Positions 42,639 through 51,931 of a stretch of DNA of 64,000 nt are shown here, one piece after another. The notes beneath the pieces are model-generated. The model searched no databases. It was not told the DNA's origin and worked only from the letters and a program-made list of their open reading frames with translations. The stretch's first letter is position 1. The number at the start of each line of letters is the position of its first letter. The DNA comes from Histomonas meleagridis 2922-C6/04-290x (Eukaryota > Protista > Parabasalia): NCBI GenBank assembly GCA_020184695.1, contig JAANOX010000085.1, positions 186,001-250,000 of the forward strand, written 5' to 3'. The translations under genes and the position numbers were made by a program.

Positions 42639-43577
42639 TTTTATGACAAAGGTCCATTCAAAATATTGTGTTAGTATTAAAAATTTCAAAGATTTGTATG
42701 AATTGAATAAAAATGCCCACATAACCGCCGAACTAGCCCTCTACGAATTCCATTCCCAAGCATGTATCATTCACGAGGTGTTGTATTTTTTCAATCGTAA
42801 AAAAATAGATTTATTTCAAAATAATTAATATTATAGTGAATGGACATTTTTTTGTTAAATTTGTGATTTGAAATCTTTAATATTTTTTGTTCACACGCAA
42901 TAAAGGAATTCAAATTTTATATTTGAATTGATTACCAAAGTTTTATCGAAATTTGTGGATCAAGTGAAAAAAATCGCTAAAAGGCTTATTTATTTATTTC
43001 ATTTGTTAAATTCGCAAATAATCGATTTTAGCATGTGCATGTCTTTTCGAAAAAAAATCGCTAGCGACAATAAATTAAAGTTTATTCCTCAATAAGTAGG
43101 TTTCAGAAATTTCTGAAACCTTGGTGTATAATCATTTGTATTGGTATACGATCATAGATACGAAAAGTTATTGTTGGGTTTAAACTTTCTTCAGAGTAAT
43201 ATTCAAAGAAAATTATAATTCGTAATAAAGAAATAAAAAAAAATATTCGAAATCCAATCGCTGGGGTTGGCTTCACGGATGTACATTCCAAAACAAATTA
43301 AATGTTTCATCATTTAAACTTTTCGTTTCAATTTTTTGTTTTCCATTTCTTCAATATTTGAGCCAAAACTCATAGTGAGAAAAACGTAATCCAAAGACAA
43401 TTGCCTATAAAAATTTTATGAAAAAGAACAATACATTTAATTACTTCTGTTTTTTGGTTTAACTTTTTTGGTTAATAGCGGTTATCGGTTGCGTTGTTTG
43501 AATAGTTTTTGACAATAGTTTATTGAAAAATGAATAAAACTTTTGTGTAAAACCGCAGGGCACGTTTATAAAAGCCC

Positions 43578-44951
43578 ATGATTGACAACTTTACATGAAT
43601 CATTCCTCCAATTACAGCTCCAAAAAGAAAAGAAGACAAGAAAAAGTACGACGTCTCGACACCGTATGAACTCCAAAAGGGTGTGTGCGTAACTGTTGAT
43701 GAAACCACAGGGCAGTTGAAAGATGTTCCAAAGAAATTAGTTGCCGTTTTAGGCCCAAGAGTTGCTGCCAACGTTGTTGAAGACAACAATATTGACTCTT
43801 CATTGTTGCCTCCAGCAGCTACAATGTACAATGGAAATTTAATTAGTGATCCGATTTCATGTGAGCATGTGGTTCATGTAGACTTCAACAGCGAAATGGG
43901 TTTTGTCGGTTTGCCTCCAGAATGGGAGAAGCTCCTCAAGGTTAACGGTATCAGAAAAGAAGAAATCATTCAAAATCCTCAAGATGTTATCGATACCATG
44001 AATTTTGTCAATAACCCATCAGAAATGACATCAACAGCTAATCAAGTCATTAATGGTGATGTTCCTCCTCTTCCAGATCTCAAAGATTTCCTTCGAAGCG
44101 ATAATCCCAGAACTTTCCTTACTGATATCGAAAAGATTGACGAAGGATCTACGTGTACTGTTTATACTGCCAAGCAAAACGGCAAAGTTGTTGCTCTCAA
44201 AGAAATGATTTTGACCGAGAAAAATGAGAAAACCCTTCTTGAAGAAACACGCTTTATGAAGAGCATGAACAATCCATACATTGTTGAATTCTATTCAGCA
44301 CATCGTATTGACAACCAACTCTGGATTGTCATGGAATATATGAATGGTGGCTCATTAACAAATGTTGCAACATTTTGTGATTGCCAAGAACCACACATTG
44401 CCTTCTTTGCCGAGAAGATATTACATGCACTTGAATACATGCATAGTCAAAACAAGATTCATCGTGATATTAAGACAGATAACGTACTTCTTACAACTGA
44501 TGGTCAAGTCAAGCTTGCAGACTTTGGATACACAGCACAGCTCTCATCTAGTGGTGAAAGTCGTAAGTCAATTGTTGGCACACCCTATTGGATGGCGCCC
44601 GAATTAATCAGAGCACAACCGTACACTTTTTCAGTTGATATTTGGTCGCTTGGTATTTTATGCAGAGAATTGGCAGAAGGTGAACCGCCCTATGTTGAGG
44701 TACCCCCAATGAGAGCACTTTTCCTTATCGTTTCACAGGGGCTCCCCGAAATTTCAAACATCGAAAGCAGGTCACCCCAATTTTTGGACTTTTTGAATCA
44801 ATGCTTAAATCCTGACCCTGCTAAAAGACCAACGGCAACAGAACTTTTGAAACATCCGTTCTTGAAGATGGCATGCGATGTAAAATACATTCCTCCTCTT
44901 CTTCAACTTGCTGCTGAACTTGCAAAAGAGGATAACTTCGAGGACTTTTAA
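43578..44951 (+). CDS. PAK/Ste20-family kinase with CRIB domain; 5' end ambiguous (in-frame TGA at codon 7)
   Basis: ISDPISCEHVVHVDF..GFVGLPPEW (CRIB), VALK, HRDIKTDN, DFG, GTPYWMAPE, GEPPY. ATG 43578 is in frame but TGA follows at 43596-43598; the next in-frame ATG is 43824. Confidence 0.9.
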
Positions 44952-45149
44952 GTAAAAGATAAAATAATCCAAAAATTAAATTTTTTTTTTCTTTGATTTA
45001 ATCAAAGTGTTCATAAACATAATTTTATTTTCATTTTATAGTACTCTTTAATCGAATTTTCATAATTTCAGCATGCAAACATCAAACTCTAGAATCAACC
45101 AAACATTTGATGAAACGGGTGAAATATTGCAAATTGTCATATGGAATAT

Positions 45150-45770
45150 GCTTTGTTTGTTATAAATTTTAATAATCATGAAATCAAAATAAATTGGAAG
45201 ATAATAATCTCAAATCAAAAATATTTAATGTGTTTAAACGTATACTTCTAAAAAAAATATACAAAAGAATATTATCTTATTAGATTTGATTGAGAATAAT
45301 AGAACAGAAAGTTGTTGAAAATATAAAGGCTTCATATTTGCAAATACTAGAAAAGATGAAGAAGTTGAATCTCACAGAGATACAATTTTTAATGAAATCC
45401 AAGAAAACTTTGAAAACCTTAAAAAAGACAATTGGAAACTTCATAAACAATTGACCGAAGAAGGAGATAACTCCAAATGAAATTGCAAAAGTAATTCGAT
45501 ATGATGAAATAGAAAAACTTCAAGAAATATCATCACAAAATGATTTTAATTTTGATTAAAGCATTGAACCATCACTTTATGAAAGATGTGATATTATTTA
45601 TTAATATAGTATTGGATTAATTACTTATTCAGCATTCTTTGAGTCTATTAAATGTTTCAAATATTTAATAATGTAAATGTAAAGAACACAGATAAATATG
45701 CAGTTGCAAGTGGAAATGAAATTATCATTCAATATTTGAATATGCATATGAAACTGTATTTGAATGATAT
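45150..45770 (+). pseudogene. Heavily decayed DUF3447-type ankyrin paralog (no ankyrin repeats left)
   Basis: KKDNWKLHKQLTEEG / NEIAKVIRYDEIEKLQEISSQNDFNFD*SIEPSLYERC / KYAVASGNE across several frames. Confidence 0.8.
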
Positions 45771-45795
45771 TTTTATATTTTTTAAAATGAGAAGT

Positions 45796-46525
45796 TTAAA
45801 CACAGATTTTTTGCGTTGAGAGACTTTGAGGCCGGGGAATAAATGAATCATCTTTTAGAGCAAACTTTGCATGAAGAGATCGCTCAAGAACATCAACGCG
45901 TGAAGTGGTGTCACTGTTAGATGAAGAACTTTCTTCTTTTATATTGTTCGTCTTTGGATCTCAAATTCAGATGCAGGGAACTCAAGAATATCGGCACCTT
46001 TGTCGTGCAATGGGTGCTTAGATGGACCTTTGTCGTATTTTCAATATGCGTTTTCTTTTTTGATGATTTGATTCGATAAAATTTACTTTGCTTTGAATTA
46101 GATGTTTTGGAATCTGGATACATGAAAGTTTGTTGCCTGGGTGTGCTAGTTGGTGTAGCTTTGGCTTTATCTGATAGAGCAGATCTTGATGATTGAATAT
46201 CATTCGATGCTACTGATTCTAGCTCGTATAAGGATATCATGGATACAGTTGGTTTTATTAAAATTAATCTTATTACGACAAGAAATAACAATTTGATCTT
46301 CCGGAAAAATGCTTACATTGGATTTCTTTTGGTAAAAAAAATTCGGATGTACTTGGAATCATATTTATAGTGTGTTTGCTGTTGATAGTCCTTGAATGTC
46401 TGTAAAAAAGTTTGTATCTGGTATTGATATGATTATTTTGAATGCCATAATTTTGCAGTTTTTAATTGTTAGAAGAAGTTGTTGCGTTGTTGCTTTCATC
46501 GAAGGAAAACAACAATTTCAGCCAT
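45796..46525 (-). pseudogene. Multiply frameshifted Ser/Thr/Lys-rich ORF remnant
   Basis: Coding-like composition from ATG 46525 to TAA 45796 but spread over at least four frame segments; includes the 124-codon ORF 45917-46291. Confidence 0.4.
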
Positions 46526-46666
46526 AACGTATTCTCCTTAGATTAGGGCCACCCCATCTGCCACTACACTTTTTCATTTTTCAATGCAAATAGCGGTTAT
46601 GACGTGGGAAGCAATGGGGCGCCCCATATTCGATAAATAACCGTTTACCATTCGATTTCCCAACAC

Positions 46667-47314
46667 ATGATTCCATCAGAAAGCGACGATAATGAATATA
46701 AAATGTACTTAGATATGGTTTTTCATAAAGCCGAATCAAAGAGGATTCCACCAAAAAAGATATCAGATCGTTCTTTAATGATGCATCATCCTTGGCATAA
46801 TGTTCCAATTGGACAAGCATGTCCTAAAGTTGTTACCTGTGTTGTCGAGACACCAGCAGAATCAAGATTAAAAACAACCGTTGATAATCCAACTGGTCTT
46901 CTTAAAGTTGATCGGATTCTCTTTTCTTCTCTTGTTTTCCCAGCAAATTATGGATTAATTCCCGAAACCCTGACAGATTCTAATGGGCCACTTGGAATTT
47001 TTATCCTTTGTCAGCTTTCAATTCCACCATTATGTATTATGAAAGCACGTCCAATTGGTTTAATGCCAATGCTCAACAATGGTAAAAAGGATGACATAAT
47101 CATTGGCGTATGTGTTACAGATCCAGAGTATAATATCTACTTTGATATATCAGAACTTCCTCCACATAAAATGCTCCAAATCAATCAATTTTTCGAGGAT
47201 AGTCAAACACTTGAACATGGGAACGCAAAGGCTTTCGAAATGGAAGGTTCAAATAGAGCAAAAAAGGAAATCCAAAGATGTAATACAGCTTATCGCGAAT
47301 TCTTTCATGTCTAA
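46667..47314 (+). CDS. Family I inorganic pyrophosphatase homolog lacking most catalytic residues
   Basis: HPWH, VVE.P, LKVDRILFSS...PANYG.IP.TL, ARPIGLMPM, DPEY match plant/bacterial-type PPases, but the DxDPxD motif reads SNGPLG. Confidence 0.88.
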   Translation: MIPSESDDNEYKMYLDMVFHKAESKRIPPKKISDRSLMMHHPWHNVPIGQACPKVVTCVVETPAESRLKTTVDNPTGLLKVDRILFSSLVFPANYGLIPETLTDSNGPLGIFILCQLSIPPLCIMKARPIGLMPMLNNGKKDDIIIGVCVTDPEYNIYFDISELPPHKMLQINQFFEDSQTLEHGNAKAFEMEGSNRAKKEIQRCNTAYREFFHV

Positions 47315-47710
47315 AATAAAAATTATTTAGTTTCTTAGTATATCACTTATCATTCTCCATGATGTTAAAGCGTTGTATTGAACTTGATAAAATAATTATA
47401 TTGAAATTACAAAATATCTTAAAAATCAATCGCTCGTATCATGCCTATTATGTTTCCATTGAATCGTTGTTATAAAAAAGAAACTTAATTTAGGTTTTGT
47501 TGAGATTAAATTTAAAAAAAAAATATTTCATAGAACAAATTTTTTCCTATTCATTTTTTATTATTCTTTGATGATTGGTTTTATGAAATTTTTACACATT
47601 GATTACGAACTATAATGTTTCCAAAAGCACAATTTTATAAATAATGTCACTTTTTGATTTTAGCAAATATGTAAACTATTTAAACAAGCGAAAAAAATTT
47701 CTTAATAGAA

Positions 47711-50700
47711 ATGAGAAAGACTGATCACACATATTCAGAAACAACACTATCATCTCTTCTTGATCTTTGTCTAACACTGAATGCACAACAATTGAAAAGG
47801 CAATTAAAACCCATTTATTCAAAAATATATGGCTTAGATTATATCATGAATAATCAAAAGCAAAATTTACTTCATGTACTTGCTGCAAACCATGATTTTG
47901 TGAATTGGCCAGTACTTCTCAAAGGATTTGTTTATTTAGACTTAATTGATGCTTTTCAACAAACTGCACTTTATATTGCTGTTAACAACAAAAATTTTGT
48001 TGCCATACAAAATCTTGTCTTTAATGGCGCTTCTACAACTATTGAAGATGAACATGGAATTAATCCAATTCAATTAGCTTGTCAACTCAATTATGATCAA
48101 GGACTAGCAGAATTAACAAAACCATTTACAGGTGTTTATTATATAGCAAAAAATCCCATTCGAATTGCAAACATATGTATTGACCATCAATCAAAAGATG
48201 CTTTCAAAGTCTTCTTAAAAAAGCTTCCAGAAGACAAACTTAACACCACAGATGACGAAGGGTATGGTATAATTCATTATATTGTATTAGCTAATCGTAT
48301 CGATTTTCTTAAAATTCTTCTTCGTCTTAATTCAGACACTCTTAATCCAAAAGTTGACATTAATCTTAAAGTTAAAATGGAAGGAAAAGTTAAGAAGACA
48401 CCAATTGAACTTGCTACCTCATGTGAAATTGCTGAATATTTATATGCAAATGGTGCTACATTTAACAAGAAATCTCCTACACCCATTATATCTGATATCA
48501 TTTCTCGTTCATCTCAATGGGCTACTACTGGTGTTTCCATTGGAATATCACCATTACATAAAGCCGCTATGGAAGGAGATTCCAATGTCATTAAATCATA
48601 TAACGAAAGCAAAGTTGATATTGTAGATACATTTAAGATGACACCTCTTTTATATGCAATTCCAGGTTCTCAAACACAAGTAATATCATTACTTCTAGAA
48701 AAAGGCGCAGATCCTAATTTCTTTACTGGAGTTACTACTGCGTTCCATTATGCTGCTCTTAAAGGAAGTGTTAATGTCTTCAAGCAATTAGCCGCTGTTG
48801 TCCAACCCGACTTTACAAAAGACGATGCAATGGGGCGGTCCATTTTAACGTGCGCAGTTGCCAATGGGAACCCAGATCTTATATCAACTATCTTAAGCAT
48901 GAATCATCCAATTGATCCAAGTATCAATATGATAATGCGTTTAACCAAAAAGTTTGATGACGCCAAAGCTTCTTTTGTATATGAAGTATTACTTAACTAT
49001 AATTTTCCTCTTAATTATCCATATGAAAATAATAAAACAATGTTACTAACGGCAATTGAAACCGGTAGAACTCAATTTGCTGCAACAATCTTAAAATGTC
49101 AAAAAGGAAAAAAAATCAATACATATGAATTTGATCCAGAAAGGTGTTTAATTATATCAGTCTTAAATGAATACGCCGAAATCGTAAAGCTCTTATTACA
49201 AGCAGGGGTATCAGCTGATATAATGAATCATGGTCGACCATTATTTCATGACACTGTTAATCATAAAACAAATTTGATACGTAATGCGTTACTTGCTGAA
49301 CATCCCGAATTAAATGTATCTGTCGATCAAATGGGTAATACATTTTTACATCGAGCTGCAGTTACAAATTGTACTGAAGCATTAAAAGTTTCAATTAATG
49401 AACTAAAGATTGACATAAACATAAAGAATCAAGCTGGTATTACAGCATTACATTATTTAGTACAACGACCATCAGATAATTTCCGAACTAATTTTCAATT
49501 TTTAACAGAAAATGGCGCTGATATTTATGCTGTCAATGATAAAAAGCAAAACATTTTACATATTTGTGCTGATTTTTCAAATGTTACTGCACTTCAACAA
49601 CTTATCGGATCAAATGAAGAAAACTTGTTAACCGATGAGCAAATAACAACATTGTTAGCGCAAGAGAATATAGATGGCTTTAGCCCATTAGAATTTGCAG
49701 CCAAAAGAGTCAATTATAAAGCATTAAATTTAATCTCATTCCACAAGCAACTTCCAATTTTCGACTCACCATTATCAACAGAAGCATTAGATAAATATTT
49801 GGCTAAAGGTTTCTCACCGAATGCATGCAACAAAGAGGGATATTCACTCCTAATACTTTCGATACAATTGTATAAAACCGATAATTTCTTAGGTTTACAA
49901 CTTGTCAACAAATTAATTAAAGCAAAAGTTGATCCAAATCTTCCAAGTCCTGAAGGCTTAATGCCAATTCATTATGCGATTAAAGCAGGAAGTACTGATA
50001 TAGTGAATACGTTGATGAAAGTCGGTGCTAATTTTTTAGTTGAACCAATCATTACTGCATATGCACGAGAAAATAATCAACAAGAGATATTAGAATTAGT
50101 AAAGTTACCAGAAAAGCATGCGAGTGCTATATATGAATTATTAGCAATCCAAGATAATGCAGTACCAATATTGGGATGCATCTGTAAAAATTCTCGAACA
50201 TTTGGAGGTAACCAAAATATATTATCATACATGGAACAGGTCAAGTTTATGCATCGTTTACTGGTATTATTTCGGAAACGATTTCATGTAATATATTCCG
50301 AATTAAATTTGTCCACTGAAATAGGACCATTTTTGTTATATTTCGTTGATGCCTTTTTGCCCTTGTTAAGTATAGCAGCTTCTTATGAAACAGCAATTTC
50401 AATAATTCGAGGTTCGCCAAAACTTTCCCAGCTCTTAAGTAATCCAAGTGGACATCAAAAACTTTGTTTAGATGATGTATTAATTGTTCCAACTCAACAA
50501 TTCACTTATTATCCGGAATTAATTAAAGCGATAATTAATGTGATGCCAAGTGAACATAATGACTTACCATTCTTAAGAAAGGCGCAAATTAAATTTGCTT
50601 ACATTGGTCGGACTGTAAATGAACGTAAATTGATTGCAGAGTCACAACGTGAATTATGTACAATTAAACTAATTACAAGAATTAATGACCGTAAAACGAC

Positions 50701-51424
50701 GTTTAAGATCGATGACATGTTATTAAGTCGTGGGCAATTTGAAAGGAAAATCTATAAACCTCCACAAAAAGATTTCAATCCTCAAAATGTCTCTGAAAAC
50801 TTTGACTGGGGACTACGAACATATTACCATCAGGTTGGTAACTTTAACATCCCTTATTTCGGGTTGATCGGGAGTAGCATGGAAAGTTTCATCGGCAAAA
50901 CAAAAATTGCCATTTACTTGTTCAGAAATATCGTTTTGTTTGGAATTCAAAAGAACGCCGATCAATTCAAATTGAAATTTTCGTGTCGGAGTTCTGAGGT
51001 GTTATGGGACTTCAGCAAGGAAAATGGACCTAACGCAGTGATGTTATACGCCCCTTTTGGATCAATGTTGTTGAAATTCGCACCACCAAAAGGAACTAGC
51101 GTTAACTTCGAAAGAAATAGATGGAGATCTGATGTCGAAAAATTGGCAATTATTGACGAGGCTGATAACCCTTCACCAAATGGATTCGAGATCTGTTACG
51201 CTTCGTGGGTAAGCGCGAGTTCGAATTGCGTCAGTTCTTATACATTTCATGTGAAATGTGCAACAAAAACTGAAGCAAAGGAAAAAATTTTACAGGCTCT
51301 CACTGACAATGGAATTAAGGTGTTGGCAAAGCCGAACCCTTTGATTAATTATGATTTTCAAACACTGAAAACAAATGAAGGACAGGAAAGCGATGTCATT
51401 TCGGATTTGATGAGCCAAGTATAA
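47711..51424 (+). CDS. Ankyrin-repeat plus DH (RhoGEF)-PH-like protein
   Basis: Many uninterrupted ankyrin repeats, then KHASAIYELL...IGPFLL...LDDVLIVPTQQFTYYPELIKAIINVMPSEHNDLPFLRKA...VNE (DH pattern) and a PH-like tail. Confidence 0.8.
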   Translation: MRKTDHTYSETTLSSLLDLCLTLNAQQLKRQLKPIYSKIYGLDYIMNNQKQNLLHVLAANHDFVNWPVLLKGFVYLDLIDAFQQTALYIAVNNKNFVAIQNLVFNGASTTIEDEHGINPIQLACQLNYDQGLAELTKPFTGVYYIAKNPIRIANICIDHQSKDAFKVFLKKLPEDKLNTTDDEGYGIIHYIVLANRIDFLKILLRLNSDTLNPKVDINLKVKMEGKVKKTPIELATSCEIAEYLYANGATFNKKSPTPIISDIISRSSQWATTGVSIGISPLHKAAMEGDSNVIKSYNESKVDIVDTFKMTPLLYAIPGSQTQVISLLLEKGADPNFFTGVTTAFHYAALKGSVNVFKQLAAVVQPDFTKDDAMGRSILTCAVANGNPDLISTILSMNHPIDPSINMIMRLTKKFDDAKASFVYEVLLNYNFPLNYPYENNKTMLLTAIETGRTQFAATILKCQKGKKINTYEFDPERCLIISVLNEYAEIVKLLLQAGVSADIMNHGRPLFHDTVNHKTNLIRNALLAEHPELNVSVDQMGNTFLHRAAVTNCTEALKVSINELKIDINIKNQAGITALHYLVQRPSDNFRTNFQFLTENGADIYAVNDKKQNILHICADFSNVTALQQLIGSNEENLLTDEQITTLLAQENIDGFSPLEFAAKRVNYKALNLISFHKQLPIFDSPLSTEALDKYLAKGFSPNACNKEGYSLLILSIQLYKTDNFLGLQLVNKLIKAKVDPNLPSPEGLMPIHYAIKAGSTDIVNTLMKVGANFLVEPIITAYARENNQQEILELVKLPEKHASAIYELLAIQDNAVPILGCICKNSRTFGGNQNILSYMEQVKFMHRLLVLFRKRFHVIYSELNLSTEIGPFLLYFVDAFLPLLSIAASYETAISIIRGSPKLSQLLSNPSGHQKLCLDDVLIVPTQQFTYYPELIKAIINVMPSEHNDLPFLRKAQIKFAYIGRTVNERKLIAESQRELCTIKLITRINDRKTTFKIDDMLLSRGQFERKIYKPPQKDFNPQNVSENFDWGLRTYYHQVGNFNIPYFGLIGSSMESFIGKTKIAIYLFRNIVLFGIQKNADQFKLKFSCRSSEVLWDFSKENGPNAVMLYAPFGSMLLKFAPPKGTSVNFERNRWRSDVEKLAIIDEADNPSPNGFEICYASWVSASSNCVSSYTFHVKCATKTEAKEKILQALTDNGIKVLAKPNPLINYDFQTLKTNEGQESDVISDLMSQV

Positions 51425-51675
51425 GCGGAAAAGTAAAAAAGTTTTGTAATAGCGAATTGGAATTTATTTTTATTATGAAAATATTAAATAATGTGAATAT
51501 GAATAAAGAAATTTTACTTAATATAATATATTATTAATTAAATTAATATCCCTTTTATAAAAGTTATTGATTTCATGACATTTTTAGTTTTCATGCATTA
51601 AGAAAAAAACATTTTTATTTATTTGAAATGATTATATATGAATCATATTTAATATATATTTAAGTATATCAGTTC

Positions 51676-51747
51676 TCTCCCGTAGTGTAATGGTTAGCAC
51701 ATGGGACTTTGAATCCCGGGACGGAGGTTCGATTCCTCCCGGGAGAA
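51676..51747 (+). tRNA. tRNA-Gln (anticodon TTG), intronless
   Basis: Acceptor TCTCCCG/CGGGAGA, D arm GTGTAATGGTTAGCAC, anticodon loop CTTTGAA, T arm GGAGG-TTCGATT-CCTCC. Confidence 0.96.
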
Positions 51748-51751
51748 CTAC

Positions 51752-51757
51752 TTTTTT
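51752..51757 (+). terminator. RNA polymerase III T6 terminator
   Basis: TTTTTT 4 nt after the tRNA end. Confidence 0.75.
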
Positions 51758-51931
51758 CATTTTTCGAATGATTTCTATTTCATAAAAATTTGTTATCATA
51801 ATTATGTTACTTCAATGTAATTTTTCCCCACATTTTTATTATAAGAACACAAATTTTTAAGAACTTTTATTAATACAAATGATATCAAACATTCATAATA
51901 ACAAAAAGAATTACTTACAAATTTTTTTCTA

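Noticed and set aside
23143-43598. TGA reassigned to an amino acid (in-frame TGAs at 23143, 25222, 32000, 43596)
   Set aside because: TGA ends clear genes (P0, 21576, 39351), and the alignable internal cases replace different residues (Gly, Arg), as expected for nonsense mutations or errors.
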